Shown: positions 14,375 to 28,407 of the stretch, piece by piece
Numbering within the stretch: the stretch's first letter is position 1
How the letters are laid out: each line of letters starts with the position of its first letter
Source: the human T2T-CHM13v2.0 reference genome, Homo sapiens
Assembly (NCBI RefSeq): GCF_009914755.1
Contig: NC_060947.1
Length of the DNA: 64,000 nt
Direction: 5' to 3' (one strand)
Notes under the pieces: model-generated
The model's database searches: none
What the model saw: only the letters and a program-made list of their open reading frames with translations
Told to the model about the DNA's origin: nothing
Position numbers and translations under genes: made by a program

Positions 14375-14790
14375 TTATCTTAGATTATTTTGGTTACAAG
14401 TAACAGAACCAAATCAAACCAGGTGTAAGTAAAATGGAAGAATATGTTTTAAGGGTACAGAGGTGTTTCCTGGAGCTCAAGGGTAGGAATGTAGTCAGCT
14501 TTGGAAAGACCTGGACAGAAGGCAGAGCTTCCTATTTCTCCTTTCTTTTCTCGGAAGGTCTGTCTCTATTTTCCATTCTGCAGAATATTATTTTCAATAT
14601 GACTGCCACAAGGCTCTGTAGTTTATATATTATAGCTGTATATGCTGGCAGAGAATATTTTGCTGTTTGCTCCAATTCTAAAATCCCAAGAAAGAGAGTA
14701 ACTGACTCAGCATTTGTAAAGTATCTATACATGGCTTAGCCAACTGTAGCCAGGGAGATGGAGTCATGTATTAAAACATGGCTGCTATGG
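14375..14790 (-). mobile_element. Old MaLR (MLT1-type) LTR
   Basis: tttggttacaagtaacagaaccaaatcaaac...gccaactgtagccagggagatggagtcatg...aacatggctgc. Confidence 0.45.
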
Positions 14791-14965
14791 ATCCAACATC
14801 CTGTCCAACTTCATCTCTTGTCACTTCCTCCAGACATCCCATGTTTCATTGACACCAATAATGATTGTCTATGGAGGAAACTAATACAAATTAATATGAA
14901 AGTTTACTAATGATAAAAATAATTCTAGATATACATTTAAAATCTTACCTACATACCAGCATTAA

Positions 14966-15330
<365 letters not shown>

Positions 15331-16632
15331 ATAAAGATTATTCTTAACAAGAATGTACAAGACTGAAAATTTCATAATTTAAATGATAAGCCATTGAAAT
15401 AAAAGGGCAAAATATCTAATTTTGGTCTGCTAGACACTGAATTCTGAAACTCAGTTACTGCTATCCTGTGTGCCTCTATTACCCTAACTTGGATAAAAAG
15501 TGACAGTAGTCATTGAAGTGAACCACCCAGCCTCAGCGAGACAGACAGCAGATATTCATTTGCTGACTTACACTGTCATCTACCTTTATATAGGTTAGTA
15601 ACTAGAACTAATTGTTGAGGTAATGAATAAGTAAGAGAGGATTTAGGCAATCTCAGCAAAGATAGATTAGCTCCCAGAAGCCAGAGAACAATAAATCAAA
15701 GTGAGATCCAAGTCTAAAAAGCTGGCAGACAGCAAACTCATTGCATCCATAAAATATTTTAGTTAAATACTATTCACCTGAGGAGATCAGTTCTGTCTGT
15801 TCCTAATTTGCAATTTGAGGAGAAATTTGTAGATTCAGAATGGGAAATGTTTGGGAATACTGTTTTACATATTTCATGGGGCAGCATCTTCACCTTATGG
15901 GTTTTTAGAAAATGTATTCCATGAATAATTTCCTGAAAATATTGCATTTTTACTGTAGGCATTAGACAGTTTTAACTTAGGTAATGAAAATTCTAAATTG
16001 GTTAACTCATTCTTTAAACCTGTTATGTTATCATAGTCACTAAAATGTATGCTTTTCACTCCCATAACTCTTCTACTTCAAACAGTTTAAATTCATGAGG
16101 TTAGATACTGCTGTTTTCTTCTTTTATCCTGTGAAGCTTTAATTCTTTAACACCGTGAAGGCCTCTTATTTTGTTAGGTGCTGATTTATTTAAGGATACA
16201 CTTAGCTGAATCCCAAGTGCTTAAGATTTTATTACATTTCTTACTTCAGGCATTGGAAAATTATCACTTTTGAATTGTAATGAAGAGAAATAGCTCATTG
16301 TTTGCTTTATATTATTTAGACCCAAATATTATTCTTTGGCAAAGTAGAGAATAAATGTAATTTCAAGAGAAAATGAAGTAACGTTTTCCTCTTTCCATTT
16401 GAAATTGGGTACATATAGTAAATTCTGTGACTAAGACTGTAACAGCAAAAGTGTATACAGTGATTGAAACTTTCTTATTTGATAGTTTTAAGAGAGAAGC
16501 ATATTTGCAGCATCATCAAATCTCTTCAAGACATTTTTAACATGCAGACTGGTTCATTCACTTATTGATCCATTCAATAAATTAGACTCAACTGATTTCT
16601 GGCTTTCAGGATTTTTCATCTATGCTTTAAAC

Positions 16633-16851
16633 CAGAGATCAGCAAAGTATGCCTCTCAGGCCAAATCCAGCCAATTCTCTGTTTTTGTCAATAGAGTTCT
16701 ATTAGAACATCACCACCACAGTCATTTATTTACATATTATCTCTGGTTGCTTTGGCACTACAACAGAGTTGAGCAGTTGCAAAATAGACTATATGACTCT
16801 GAATACAAATCTGAAAACATTTACTATATAGCCATTTACAGAAAAACTATG
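16633..16851 (+). mobile_element. MER58A (hAT-Charlie), left part; right terminus displaced to ~21895-21915
   Basis: cagagatcagcaaagtatg...gccaaatccagcc...aacatttactatatagccatttacagaaaaa; missing end tttgctgacccta appears after the L1. Confidence 0.75.
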
Positions 16852-19800
16852 TGGAGAATTCTAGTTTCAGATCTAAAATGTAAAAATTTTGGAAGTTGTC
16901 ACACCTGTCCTTACAACTCCTGTCCTTTTAGCTGAGTATACTGAAAGTCAACAATTTTTCATGAACCCGTCAGATAACCGAGGTCAAAATGCAAACTACC
17001 ATTTCAAAATCTTGAGAGACAGGTGAATGGAAATAGTCACAGTCAAGATTTCTTTACCTACAGCAGAAGCCAATGGGACATTAACTGGTAGTAGAAACAG
17101 CTAAATGGTAATCTTGACTAATTGCTGGAGCCTTAGTATGAACTAGCATGACAGTAAGAAAATACTTGGATTTTAGGGGACCCCCACATTTTCACGAATT
17201 TTACTTCCAGAAATTCTCCCAGTGTGAAGAGCTGAGAAACATGCCCTTGAGGCTCCGGCACGGGGAGAGGAAGAGTAACCTTAATTAAATATGCCCAGAG
17301 TGTTCTTCACAACAAAGATTGACTGTGCAGGAGAAAAGACTGTACCAGAGCCCTGACCCAAAAAGGGGAAGGCCATTCTCCCACTCCAGCTATCTCTAGC
17401 CTTCCTTTCTCACCCAAGACAAGTAAGTTAAGAAATGCTTTTGAAAGTCACAACCTAGGGACGTAGGTTCAGTAAAAATTGAAATTTAATCATAAGGCAA
17501 TAGAATGCTTCCCTTTCCCCACCCCTTACCACCACTCACAACAGGAATTCAGTGTAACAACAGTGGGTCACAGCTGAAAGAGCTGCAAGGCACAGACTCG
17601 CTCTGAGAAGGAGTAGGTAGGGAAGCCCAAAGTCAACAGGAGAGACAAAAACAAGGACACAAGAGGATTTTGAATCATCAGGCACATACAGCTGCAGTAA
17701 ATGTTAAGCACAGCCCCACTCCTAGCGAGATTAACATAAAACATTGAACCAAAGACCTATTTCTCTCAGTTTCTATTATTCAATAGATTATATACAATTT
17801 TTAATAAAAAATTAGAAGGCATTCTCAAAAGCAAGAAAAAAATTATCTGAAGAATATAGGCAAATACTAGAACTACATCCAGATATGACATAGATGTTGG
17901 AATTATCAGACAGGGGATTTAAAACAACTAGAATATATGAAGTGTTTTAATGAAAAAAGTAGACAACATGCAAAAACATGTGTAACATGAGCAAAGAGCT
18001 GGAAACTCTACGAAAGAATAAATGGAAAATAATAGAAATAAAAAAAAGAAAGAGGACTGTGCTGGGAATAAAGAAAGTCTTTCTTTGACATGGCTGAGTA
18101 GACAATCAATGAGCTTGAAGATAAGTCAATAGAAATTTCCTAAATGGAAATTCAAAGAGAAAACAAATGAAAAAACATAAAAGAATATTCAAGAATTGTG
18201 AGACGATTTAAGTGTGTAGTATATGTGTAATTAAGAAACTAAGATGACAAGATAGAACAGAGAAAAAGAAATATTTCAAGTAATAAGGCCAAGAACTTTC
18301 CAAAATTAATGGCAGAAACCAAATCATGGATCCAGGGAGCTCAGAGAACACCAAGCAGGACGAATACCAAAAATATTACCTCATTATGTCACACTCAAAC
18401 TGCAGAAAACCAAAGAAATTAAAAAAAAAAAACAAAGGGAAAATACACCTTATCTACAGAGGAAACAAAGATGAGAATTACAGCATACTTCTTGTCATAA
18501 ACTGTGCAATCGAGAAAAGAGTAGAGTAAAATATTTAAAATGTTAAGAGAAAGAACATCAAACCAGTATTTAAATCCAGTAAAATTATCCTTCAAAGTGA
18601 AAGAGAAATAAAGACTTTCTTAGACAATGATTCAGAGGGTTCATCACCAGCAGACCTGTCTTGCAAGAAATGTTAAAACGAGTTCACCAGGGAGAAGGAA
18701 AATGATAGAGATCAGAAACTTGGGTATTTGTAAGGAAAGGAAGAGGGTCAGGGAAGGAACAGATAAAAGCAAAACAAAATATTTTATTGTTCTTAGTCAC
18801 TATTGAACTGAAATGTAACTCTGTTTAATGTAATAATAGTAACAATGTGTTAGGTGATTAAAGCACGTATATAAGTCAACTGAATGACAGCAACGTTATA
18901 AGAGATGGGAGGGAAGAATTGAGAAAACTCAGTTATAACATAATTGTACTACACCTGGAGCAGTATAGTGTTTTAGGAAAGTGGATTCATATTAATTAGA
19001 TATATATATTATTCACACACACATATATAAAACTCTAGAATGACCACTAAAAAATTATAAAAAATAAGTATAATTTATGTGTTAAGAATGTAGATAAAAT
19101 GGAATTTTATCTTCACCTTATTACTTGAAATATTTCTTCTGCTCTGTTCTTTCTTCTCATGCTCAGTTAAAACCAGGGAAAGAAGAATAAGAGGCAAAAA
19201 AAGAAAAAAAACAAATGTAATCAATAGAAAGCAGTTACAAACATGGTAGATATTAATTGTGTAATGATGTATCATTGATATATTATGCAAATGAGATAAA
19301 TACACAAATTAAAGGAAATTGTCAAAACAGATATTGTTAAAAGACTCAACTATATGTTGTCTACAAGAACCTCACTTTAAATGTAGACACATAGATTAAA
19401 AATAACGGGATGGAGAAAGATATATCATGCTAACACTAATTTTAATAAGCTGGAGTGGCTACATTAACTTCAGATAAAGCCAACTTCAGTATAAATAATT
19501 ATCAGGAGTAAAGAGAACCACTAAAGGAGTAAATTCTCCCTGAAGATGTAGTAACACTAAACACATGTGCACCTAGCAAGAGACTGTAGAAATACACGTG
19601 GCAAAAACTAAAAAAGAAATAGAGGAATCCAATTTATAGTTGGAGAGCTCAACACCTTCCCGTCAGAAATTGCTAAGTCAAGCAGGCAGAAAATAGGTAA
19701 GGATAGGTTGATGTAAAGAACACGATCAATCAACTTGATCAAATTGGTATTTATAAAATACTCAACAGCAGCAGAACACATATTTTTATAAAGCCTTACC

Positions 19801-20414
19801 GAAACAGACCACATCTGAGACCATAAAACACACATTAACAAACTTAAAATTGAGATCACATTCTAGGTTGTATTACACAGACCATGAACTGAACTAGAAA
19901 TCAATAGCAAAAAGATAGCTGTAAAATCTTCAACTATCAGAAAACTAAAGACATTTCTCAATACTACATAGGTGAAAGAAGACTTGAAAGAAATTAAAAA
20001 CTACTTTGAACTAAAAAATGAAAATACATCTTACCAAAATTTGTGGGATGAAACAAAAGCAGTGCTCAGAGAGAAATTTATGGCACTAATTGAATACATT
20101 TTAAAAAATGAATATTTAAAATCAACAATTTAAGTAAGCTTTTAAGAAATTGGAGAAAGAAGAGCAATTTAAGCCAGAAGCAAGCAGAGGAAAATAATAA
20201 AAATTAAAGCAGAAATAACTTAAATTGAAAAACAGGCAAACAATAGAGAATATCAAGGAAACCAAAAGCTAATTCTTTGAAAAGATGAAAATGTTGATAA
20301 ATCTCTTCAGGCTAACCAAGAAAAAAAGTGAGAACTCAATAAACCGTCAATGTTATAAATGAATGAAGAATCATCATTACTGATACTATGGACAAGAAAG
20401 GGATAATAAAGGCA

Positions 20415-20438
20415 GCTGGGTGCGGTGGCTCACTCCTG
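20415..20438 (+). mobile_element. 24-bp Alu 5' remnant
   Basis: gctgggtgcggtggctcactcctg matches the Alu head (A box region). Confidence 0.7.
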
Positions 20439-21525
20439 CCAAGGCAAGAAGAGGAGGCTAGAATGATTTTCATGGTAATAGAGCTAGAAGCATAAGTATA
20501 AACTCATGTTCAGGCTAATATAGATATATAGGATTACATATACAAGTTATAGATATGTGTATAATCCCAGATTAGGATACACACATAATATTTCCTTACT
20601 CTTCCAGCTATGAGGGCATACAAGCAATGATACCTCAGTAGCACTAACATCCAGCTCTTGGTTTCTAATACATTGTCTAATAAAAGGAACCAGAGCATCT
20701 TGGAGAAATGGCTGATTCTAGCTAGGACTGGGTTAGGAAGTAAATATTATGAGACTGGAGCATCTTATAGCTCCAGAAAGAAAGCAAGTATTCAAGAAAA
20801 AAAAAACAACCCACAAGAATTGAATATATCAAAGGGACATAGGAGCCTACTGAAAGAGCTTCCAATGGCCAAGACCGGAACAATTTCAGCAAATGAATAA
20901 ATAATAAAGTAGTATTAGATATAATATAAACATGCATGAGTCCATACTGATATAAATAAATAATGGAGTAAGTGGAGAAGAGACAAAGAGAAGTAACTAA
21001 GTGGAGAAGAATTCCAAATAATTTATCTAGATATTCTGCCCTCAATTTATGTAGCTTACCTCCCACTCCATAGGTGTGGGCTACAAATATTGACTTCCTT
21101 CCAAAAATCACATTATAGAAATAGGGAAAAAAGGGTAACTTTAGAGTGGATAAACCTAACAAACGCTGCCTTAGCCAGGTAATAAAGAATCAACATTAAA
21201 AATGAGTCATATTAATAGTATATACTCATGATATGATATGGTGAAAATGGTACTTTACCTCTGTGGTCTTCTTCCCCAAAACCTGCAACCCCAGTCAAAT
21301 AATAAGAAAACATTAAACAAACTCAAATTGAGGGACATTATACAAAATACCTGGTCAGTAATTGTCAATATTCTCAAGGTCATCAAAAACATGAGAATGT
21401 GAGAAACTGTCACAAAAAAGAGAATCTTAAGGAGATAAATGCCAACTAAATGTAATGTGGTATCCTGGATAGGATCCTGGAGCCAAAAAGAGACAGTAGG
21501 CACAAACTAAAAAAATTGAATGAAT

Positions 21526-21680
21526 CTAGGCACAGTGGCTCCCATCTATAATCCCAGCTTTTTGGGAGGACGAGATGGGAGGATCACTTGAGCCCAGGAG
21601 TTCAAGAACCAGCGCCTGGGCAACATAGTGAGACCCTGTCTCTACAAAAAAATAAAAATAAAAACTAAAAAAATGATAAA
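21526..21680 (+). mobile_element. FLAM-C / free left Alu monomer
   Basis: Single monomer ending agaccctgtctctac + A tail; aattgaatgaa repeated on both sides. Confidence 0.85.
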
Positions 21681-21861
21681 TAATTGAATGAACTATGGAC
21701 TTCAGTTTATAATAATGCATCAATATTGGTTCAAAATTGTAACAAATGTACCACAGTAACATAATATGTTAATAACAGGGGAAACTGGGTGCCTAATATA
21801 TAGAAACTTTCTGTATTCTCTTCACAATTTCTCTGTAAACATATAAAGACTGTTCTAAAAT

Positions 21862-21878
21862 AGCCACCATGCCTGGCC
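21862..21878 (-). mobile_element. 17-bp Alu 5' remnant
   Basis: agccaccatgcctggcc flanked by duplicated taaaata. Confidence 0.55.
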
Positions 21879-22990
21879 TAAAATAAAAAAGTTAAGAAAA
21901 ATTTTGCTGACCCTACTGTAAGTGAAAGAAAAATGGAAGTGATTGGTTTGCACATTTTTTGTGGTATGATTTAAAAAATGAATTTGTTGAAGAAAGATAA
22001 CAAGATGGTTTCAGATTATTCTCAACAACTGAAGAGTCAGTTTAAACCCCGATTCCTATGTGTGGAAAATTAACTCTATTTCTTTCAGTGTGGGAAGTAG
22101 CATATTGCATGACATAGAACATTGGAAATAAATATACAAAATATTGGGATGTTCAACCCAAAACAGTTACTTGAAAATATTTGATAAGGATTCATTATGT
22201 ATACTTTACTTTTAAAATTGCAATTTAAGTTCCCAATTTTTACTATATTTAAAAAAAGAAGTATTTGTTTCTAGAAATGAATTCTGATCAAGAAATGGAA
22301 TTAAATGTGAATAAAATGCCTTTCTGATAAAGGACAAAAATTGAAAAAACATACTATTGCATTAGGTAAACGCAATAGAAAATTCATTGCTTTTTTTGAA
22401 GCAACCCTACAGAGTTAATTCCTCCATGGTGCTGAAGGCTTTTGCTTTGAAATTCATTTTATTGACCTAAAGCTTAAACTGCAGGGTGGCTCCAGAATAA
22501 CTGACAGGAGGGAGAGAACATCAGGCTAGCATTGTCACATGTGCCCTCATTCAGTCCCTCGTTAAAAGATGCATTATGTAAATGTATCCCCCACTGAATT
22601 TTGCTGCATATTTTTTGTCCCTGGTAAAGTATTACCTATGTTTGTCAAGGAGGAGGGGGAAAACCCACTCTTTCAATGGTTCAGTGATTATGCCCCCACA
22701 CTTTAATTTCTGCTTGAAATTCAAGCCCACATAAAAGGTTTCAAAACCTAAAGGTAGTTTTACTTTGTTCCTGACTTATGTGTATAACGTGGGTTAAGGA
22801 AAAATAAAGCATATCTATAGAAGCAGATAATAGATGTAATTAGACTCTGAAACAAGTTTCTTTAGTAAAATTATTTTCCAAAGTTACTTTGTAGTGCAAT
22901 GATGTAGCTACAAAACCAATCTGCATTACATGAGCCAAAGAAGTGATCAATTATTCATCCAGTTATGTATATGTCAACCAAAAAAACAGA

Positions 22991-25341
22991 CAGACACACC
23001 TCGTTTTACTGCACTTCACTTTATTGTACTTTGTAGATATTGCATGTTACACAAATTGAAGGTCTGTGACAACCCTGTGTCAAGCAAGTTTATTGGCACC
23101 ATTTTTCCAATAACATGTACTCACTTCATGTCTCTGTGTCACATTTTGGTAATTCTCATAATATTTCAAACTTTTTCATTATATCTATTACGATGATCTG
23201 TAATAAGTGATGTTTGATGTTACTATTGTAATTGTTTTGGGGTACCATGAACTGCACCCATATAAGATGGCAAACTTAATCAATGTCATATATGTTCTCT
23301 CTGCTCCACCACTCTTTGTCTCTCTCCCTCTCCTCAGGCCTCTCTATTCCCGGAGATAAAGCAACATTGAAATTAGAGCAATTAATAACCCTACAACAAC
23401 CTCTAAATGTTCAAGTGAAAGGAAGAGTCACGTCTCTCACTTTAAATAAAAAACTAGAAATGATTAAGCTTCATGAGGAAGGCAGGTTGAAAGCCGAGGA
23501 AGGCTGAAAGCTGGGATTCTTGTGCCAAACAGTTTGCCAAGTTATGAATGCAAAGGAAAAGTTCTTGAAGGAAATTGAAAGTGCCACTTCAGGGAACACA
23601 CCAGTGATAAGAAAGCAAAGCAGCCTAACTGCTAATATGGAGAAATTGTGAGTGGTCTGCATAGATCAAACCAGCCACAACACTTCCTTAAGCCAAAGCC
23701 TAATCCAGAGCAAGGCCCTAACTCTCTTCAATTCATTGAAGGCTCAGAGAGGTGAGGAGGCTTCAGGAGAAGAGTTGGAAGTCAGTACAGGTTTGTTCGC
23801 GACGTTTAAGGAAAGGAGCCCTCTCCATAACATAGAAGTGCAAGGTGAGGCAGCACGTGCTGTTGTAGAAGCTGCAGCAAGTTATCCAGAAGATCTAGCT
23901 GAGATCATTGGTGAAGGTGGCTACACTAAACAACAGATTTTCAATGGAGATGAAACAGACTTATATAAGAAGATGCCATCTAAGACTTTCATAGAGAAGT
24001 TGAGAATGCCTGGTTTCAAAGCTTCAGAGGACAGGCTGACTCTTTTGTAAGAGTCCAAGGCAGCTGGTAACTTTAAGTTGAAGCCAATGCTCATTGACCA
24101 TTCCAAAATTCTACAGCTCTTAAGAATTATGCTAACTCCACTGTCTGTGCTCTGTAAATGGAAGAAAAAAGCCCAGATGATAGCCTATCTGTTTATGGCA
24201 TGATTTACTGAGTATTTTAAGCCCACTGTTGAGACTTACTGCTCTGGGAAAAAGAAAAAAAAAGATTCCTTTCAAAATGTCACTGCTCACTGGCAATGCA
24301 TTTGATCACCCAAGAACTCTGATGGAGATGTACAAGGAGATTAATGATGTTTTCACATCTGCTAATGCAACATCTATTCTGCAGCACATGGATCAAGAAG
24401 TAACTTCGACTTTCAAGTCTTATTTAATAAATATATTTTGTAAAGCTATAGCTGCCATAAATAGTGATTTCTCTGATGGATCTGGGCAAAGCAAATTGAA
24501 AATCTTCTGGAAAAGATTCACCATTCCGGGTGCCGTAAAGAACATTCATGATTCATGGGAGAAGGACAAAGTATCACTATTAACAGGAGTTTGGAAGAAG
24601 TTGATTCCAGCCCTCATGGATGACTTTGAGGGGTTGAAGACTTCAGTGGAGGAAGTCACTGCAGATGTGATGGAAATAGCAAGAGGTGGAGCCTGAAGAT
24701 GTGGCTGAAATGCTGCAACCTCATGAAAGAAGTTGAACAGATGAGGAATTGCTTCTTATGGATGAGCAAAGAAAGTGATTTATTGAGAAAGAATCTACTC
24801 CTGGTGAAGATGCTGTGAATATTGTTGAAATGAAAACAAAGGATTTATAATATTACATTAACTTAGTTGATAAGGCAGCCACAAGGTTGGAGAGAACTAT
24901 AATTTTGAAAGAAGTTCTACTGTGGGTAAAATGCTATCAAACAGCATCATATACAGGGAAATATTTTATGAAAGAGTCAATCAATGTGACACACTTAACT
25001 GTTGTCTTATTTTAAGAAATTCCCACAGCTTCCCCAACTTTCAGCAACCACCACCCTTATGAGTCAACAGTCATCAACACTGAGGCAAGATCCACAACCG
25101 CCAAAAAGATTACCACTTGCTGAAGGCTCAGATGATTGTATTTTTTTTAGCAATAAAGTATTTTTAAATTAAGGTTTGTACATTTTTAATGACATAATGC
25201 TATTGCACACTTAACACTGTAGTATACTGTAAACATAACTTTTATATGCACTGGGAAACCAAGAACTTTGTGTGACTTATTTGCTATATTTGTTTTACTG
25301 CAGTGGGGAACCTAACCTACAATATTTCCAAGATATGCCTG
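22991..25341 (+). mobile_element. Near full-length Tigger1 DNA transposon (TcMar/pogo)
   Basis: TIR-like ends cagacacacctcg ... agatatgcctg followed by TA; ~2.35 kb; transposase remnants. Confidence 0.93.
23460..24830 (+). pseudogene. Disrupted Tigger1 transposase (CENP-B-type HTH + DDE)
   Basis: MIKLHEEG start; [34 protein letters not shown] motifs split by stops and frameshifts. Confidence 0.85.
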
Positions 25342-25899
25342 TACAAATGATAGATGCAGATATGTGAAGAGTTGAAAATACCAACTCTTAGAAACAGAAA
25401 ATGTCAAGTTATCCGTTAATGAGAAGCTAAATTACTGCTCAGTTAAACAGTGGAAATACAGGGAAGTGTGATGGTCTTGGATCATGGATGAAATGGTCAA
25501 GGTATTTCTCAATGAAATAACTTGTTCTTTTTAATATTTCTTATAAACCATGTAAGAAAGTACTACTGCCGGAAAGAAACAAAAACAGTAGTGGATTTTT
25601 ATTTACATAACAGAATTATGAATAAATAATAAATGCCTATGGTTTAATTTTGAGCTGATGTGTTACCCATACTTTAGTATCAGGTTGTACTAATGTGAGA
25701 CTCTGAGAATTTGGTTCTGTATTTTAAGGCCATAAGGAAAACCTGATTAATACAGAGCAACACATAAAACTAGCTGGAAAGAAAATGCACTATATCCTCA
25801 GGTTTTAGAGATGAACTATCTCATCGTTCTGTATTTGTGGTTTTTCTAGCATTAAGGAAAACAAAATAGAATCTTCTTTTATAGTCTTAAACTCTCTCA

Positions 25900-26299
<400 letters not shown>

Positions 26300-27274
26300 T
26301 AACCTGTGTTCTCCAGACTCCTGAGCTATCCTGCAAGCCTTGTTCTTTCAAACTTGCACATGGTCCATGTAAAAAAGGTAGGTTTATAAAACTAAATCAG
26401 AATTGTGTTATTCTAGGACACACACATTTTTGGGGGGAATACTAGAAAATTTAAATCTGGATAAAGCTTTTTTCAGTTTCATTTCTATTTGAGCAGTAAA
26501 ATAACTTGAAATGCTTTTTTATAGCAAAGGAGTGATTAAACCTCTTTATCTTTGCATTTAAAAAAGGGGATTTGATTAAATGTAGGTATATGTTTAGTGT
26601 CAAAACTTAGTCATGCAAGAAGGGAAGGACTTATTAACCAGACATAATCGATTCAGGTGTTAGTGTCACATAGCTGTGGAGTCGAGCCATTATGTCTTCC
26701 CTGGGCAAGCTTCTTCCCTCATCACTCAGCTCACTAGTATGCAGCTGGAAAATACCAGCACAGAGTATGCCAAGGCAGACAAACAAATGACTCAAGGGAG
26801 ATTTAAACTCCATGACTGTACATATTCCCATAAAGTCTAAAAAACATAAGTACTCACAGCAGGGTAAAGCCCTACAGTTTTCTTTCAGTGAAACAATCCA
26901 CATTATCCCTGTGGTTAGAATGATGAGAAAATGAATTTGAAAATATCTGCAGGACGGTGCTGATATCTTTGGTCAAGAAATAATAGCAGGAACCCCTTTC
27001 ATTTTCCCAAACCTATAGCTTGTTCCTGATACAAAATGGCCTAGTGAGGTTGTGATAGTAACATCAGACTTGGGAAGTCTGGGTCCTCAGCTTATGTCCA
27101 CATTTCTTAATCACAACTGTTTCTCTATAGTAAAAGGAAAGCAGGAGATGATGGTCATTATAAGAACATGTAAATTATCAAAACCAATTTTGCTTCATTT
27201 ATCTGAATATTTTGGGAAATAATACCATCTTTTTATTTAAAAAAAAAAAAAGAAACTTCCTATCATTAATCATG

Positions 27275-27485
27275 ACAGTTACTGTGTATTGAGTGTTACC
27301 ATTTGCCAAGTTGTTTACTAACAGGCTTTATGTTCATTATTCACCTAACCATCACAAAGGAAGGTATCATGACGGGCATCTTACAGATGAGGAAACAAAA
27401 GCTCACAGAGGTTAAGTTTCATTATCACATATTTTACGGATAAAAAGTGGCAGAATCTTACTAAATCCCAGGTATGTGTGTCTTT
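27275..27485 (-). mobile_element. MIR SINE
   Basis: Core ttacagatgaggaaacaaaagctcacagaggttaag. Confidence 0.75.
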
Positions 27486-28184
27486 GTCTGCACACAAAAC
27501 ATTCTTCACTTTATAGATTCACCTAGTCACCTAAATTCTTCACATTTTCCCAAGTACATAGGCATCTGTGCAATAATAGAAAGTGCTTTTTGTTCTAACT
27601 TAGTCAAGTTAAAATATGCAGGTCTGGACAACTTACTTGCTATAGCTTGACAGTGGTAGCAGCACGACTGAAATTCAGAAATACTGATTGAAATGACTGG
27701 AAATAACCTCTGGCAAAGTGGTTCAACTGACTTTTGTGATACTATGGTCTCAGTTTTGAAGATCATTTTGCATTAATCTTTTACAATGTAACTTATGTTG
27801 CTTCAACTAAACAATGAGCACAACTCTAACTTGTCTTCTATTTTCCTTCTTTGAAACGTTTCTAAATTTGTTTATTTCTCTGGTTTACAGAGGGAAGGGG
27901 ATAAGGTATTTTTATTAGGGGTCAACTCAGCATTTTACGACTCAGTGGATGACACAAATATGAATCAATAAGGGATGAAGCCCTACTTCGATTAAGAGGC
28001 AAATAATTTCCAATTTAACAGGAAAAAAATTTGGATTTAATTATCCAAGTTTATGACTAAGTTATTTTGATCAAATTTACCAAGTTTGTTTATTCTGCCA
28101 GCAGCATTATTAGAGCAGCTATCAGCAGAAAACTTGAAACAACTACAAAAGTAGCACTGAGATATTACAAGTTAATGTAGTGAA

Positions 28185-28260
28185 ATTCATTCATTCATTC
28201 AACAAATATTGTTGAATGCCTTCTTTGTGCCAGATACTGTTTTAATGTCTTTTAAAATGC
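28185..28260 (-). mobile_element. L2 3' end
   Basis: ttcattcattcattcaacaaatattgttgaatgcc...tgtgccagatactg. Confidence 0.7.
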
Positions 28261-28407
28261 CCAGCCTAGGCAAATGGTATGTTAGATAATATTAAGAGAT
28301 TTGTTAAAAAAATTATAAGTCAGGAGAGAGCGATTATGAAGGTTGAGGGTAGGAGTAATTTTAGATTGAGTAGTGTGGTAGTTTTAAAACACGTCTGCAA
28401 ATTCTTT

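Larger units (their letters stand above)
16852..21894 (+). mobile_element. Ancient L1MC/MD-type LINE-1 with 5'UTR, decayed ORF1 (~17800-18710), 5' part of ORF2 (~19230-20414) and 3'UTR; large internal deletion
   Basis: ORF1 and EN remnants (aaattatccttcaaagtgaaagagaaataaagac; actatatgttgtctacaagaa); 3'UTR ending actgttctaaaata; degenerate TSD agaaaaactatg / agaaaaattttg. Confidence 0.8.

Noticed and set aside
23460-24830. Domesticated transposase gene (TIGD1-like)
   Set aside because: Frame broken many times.
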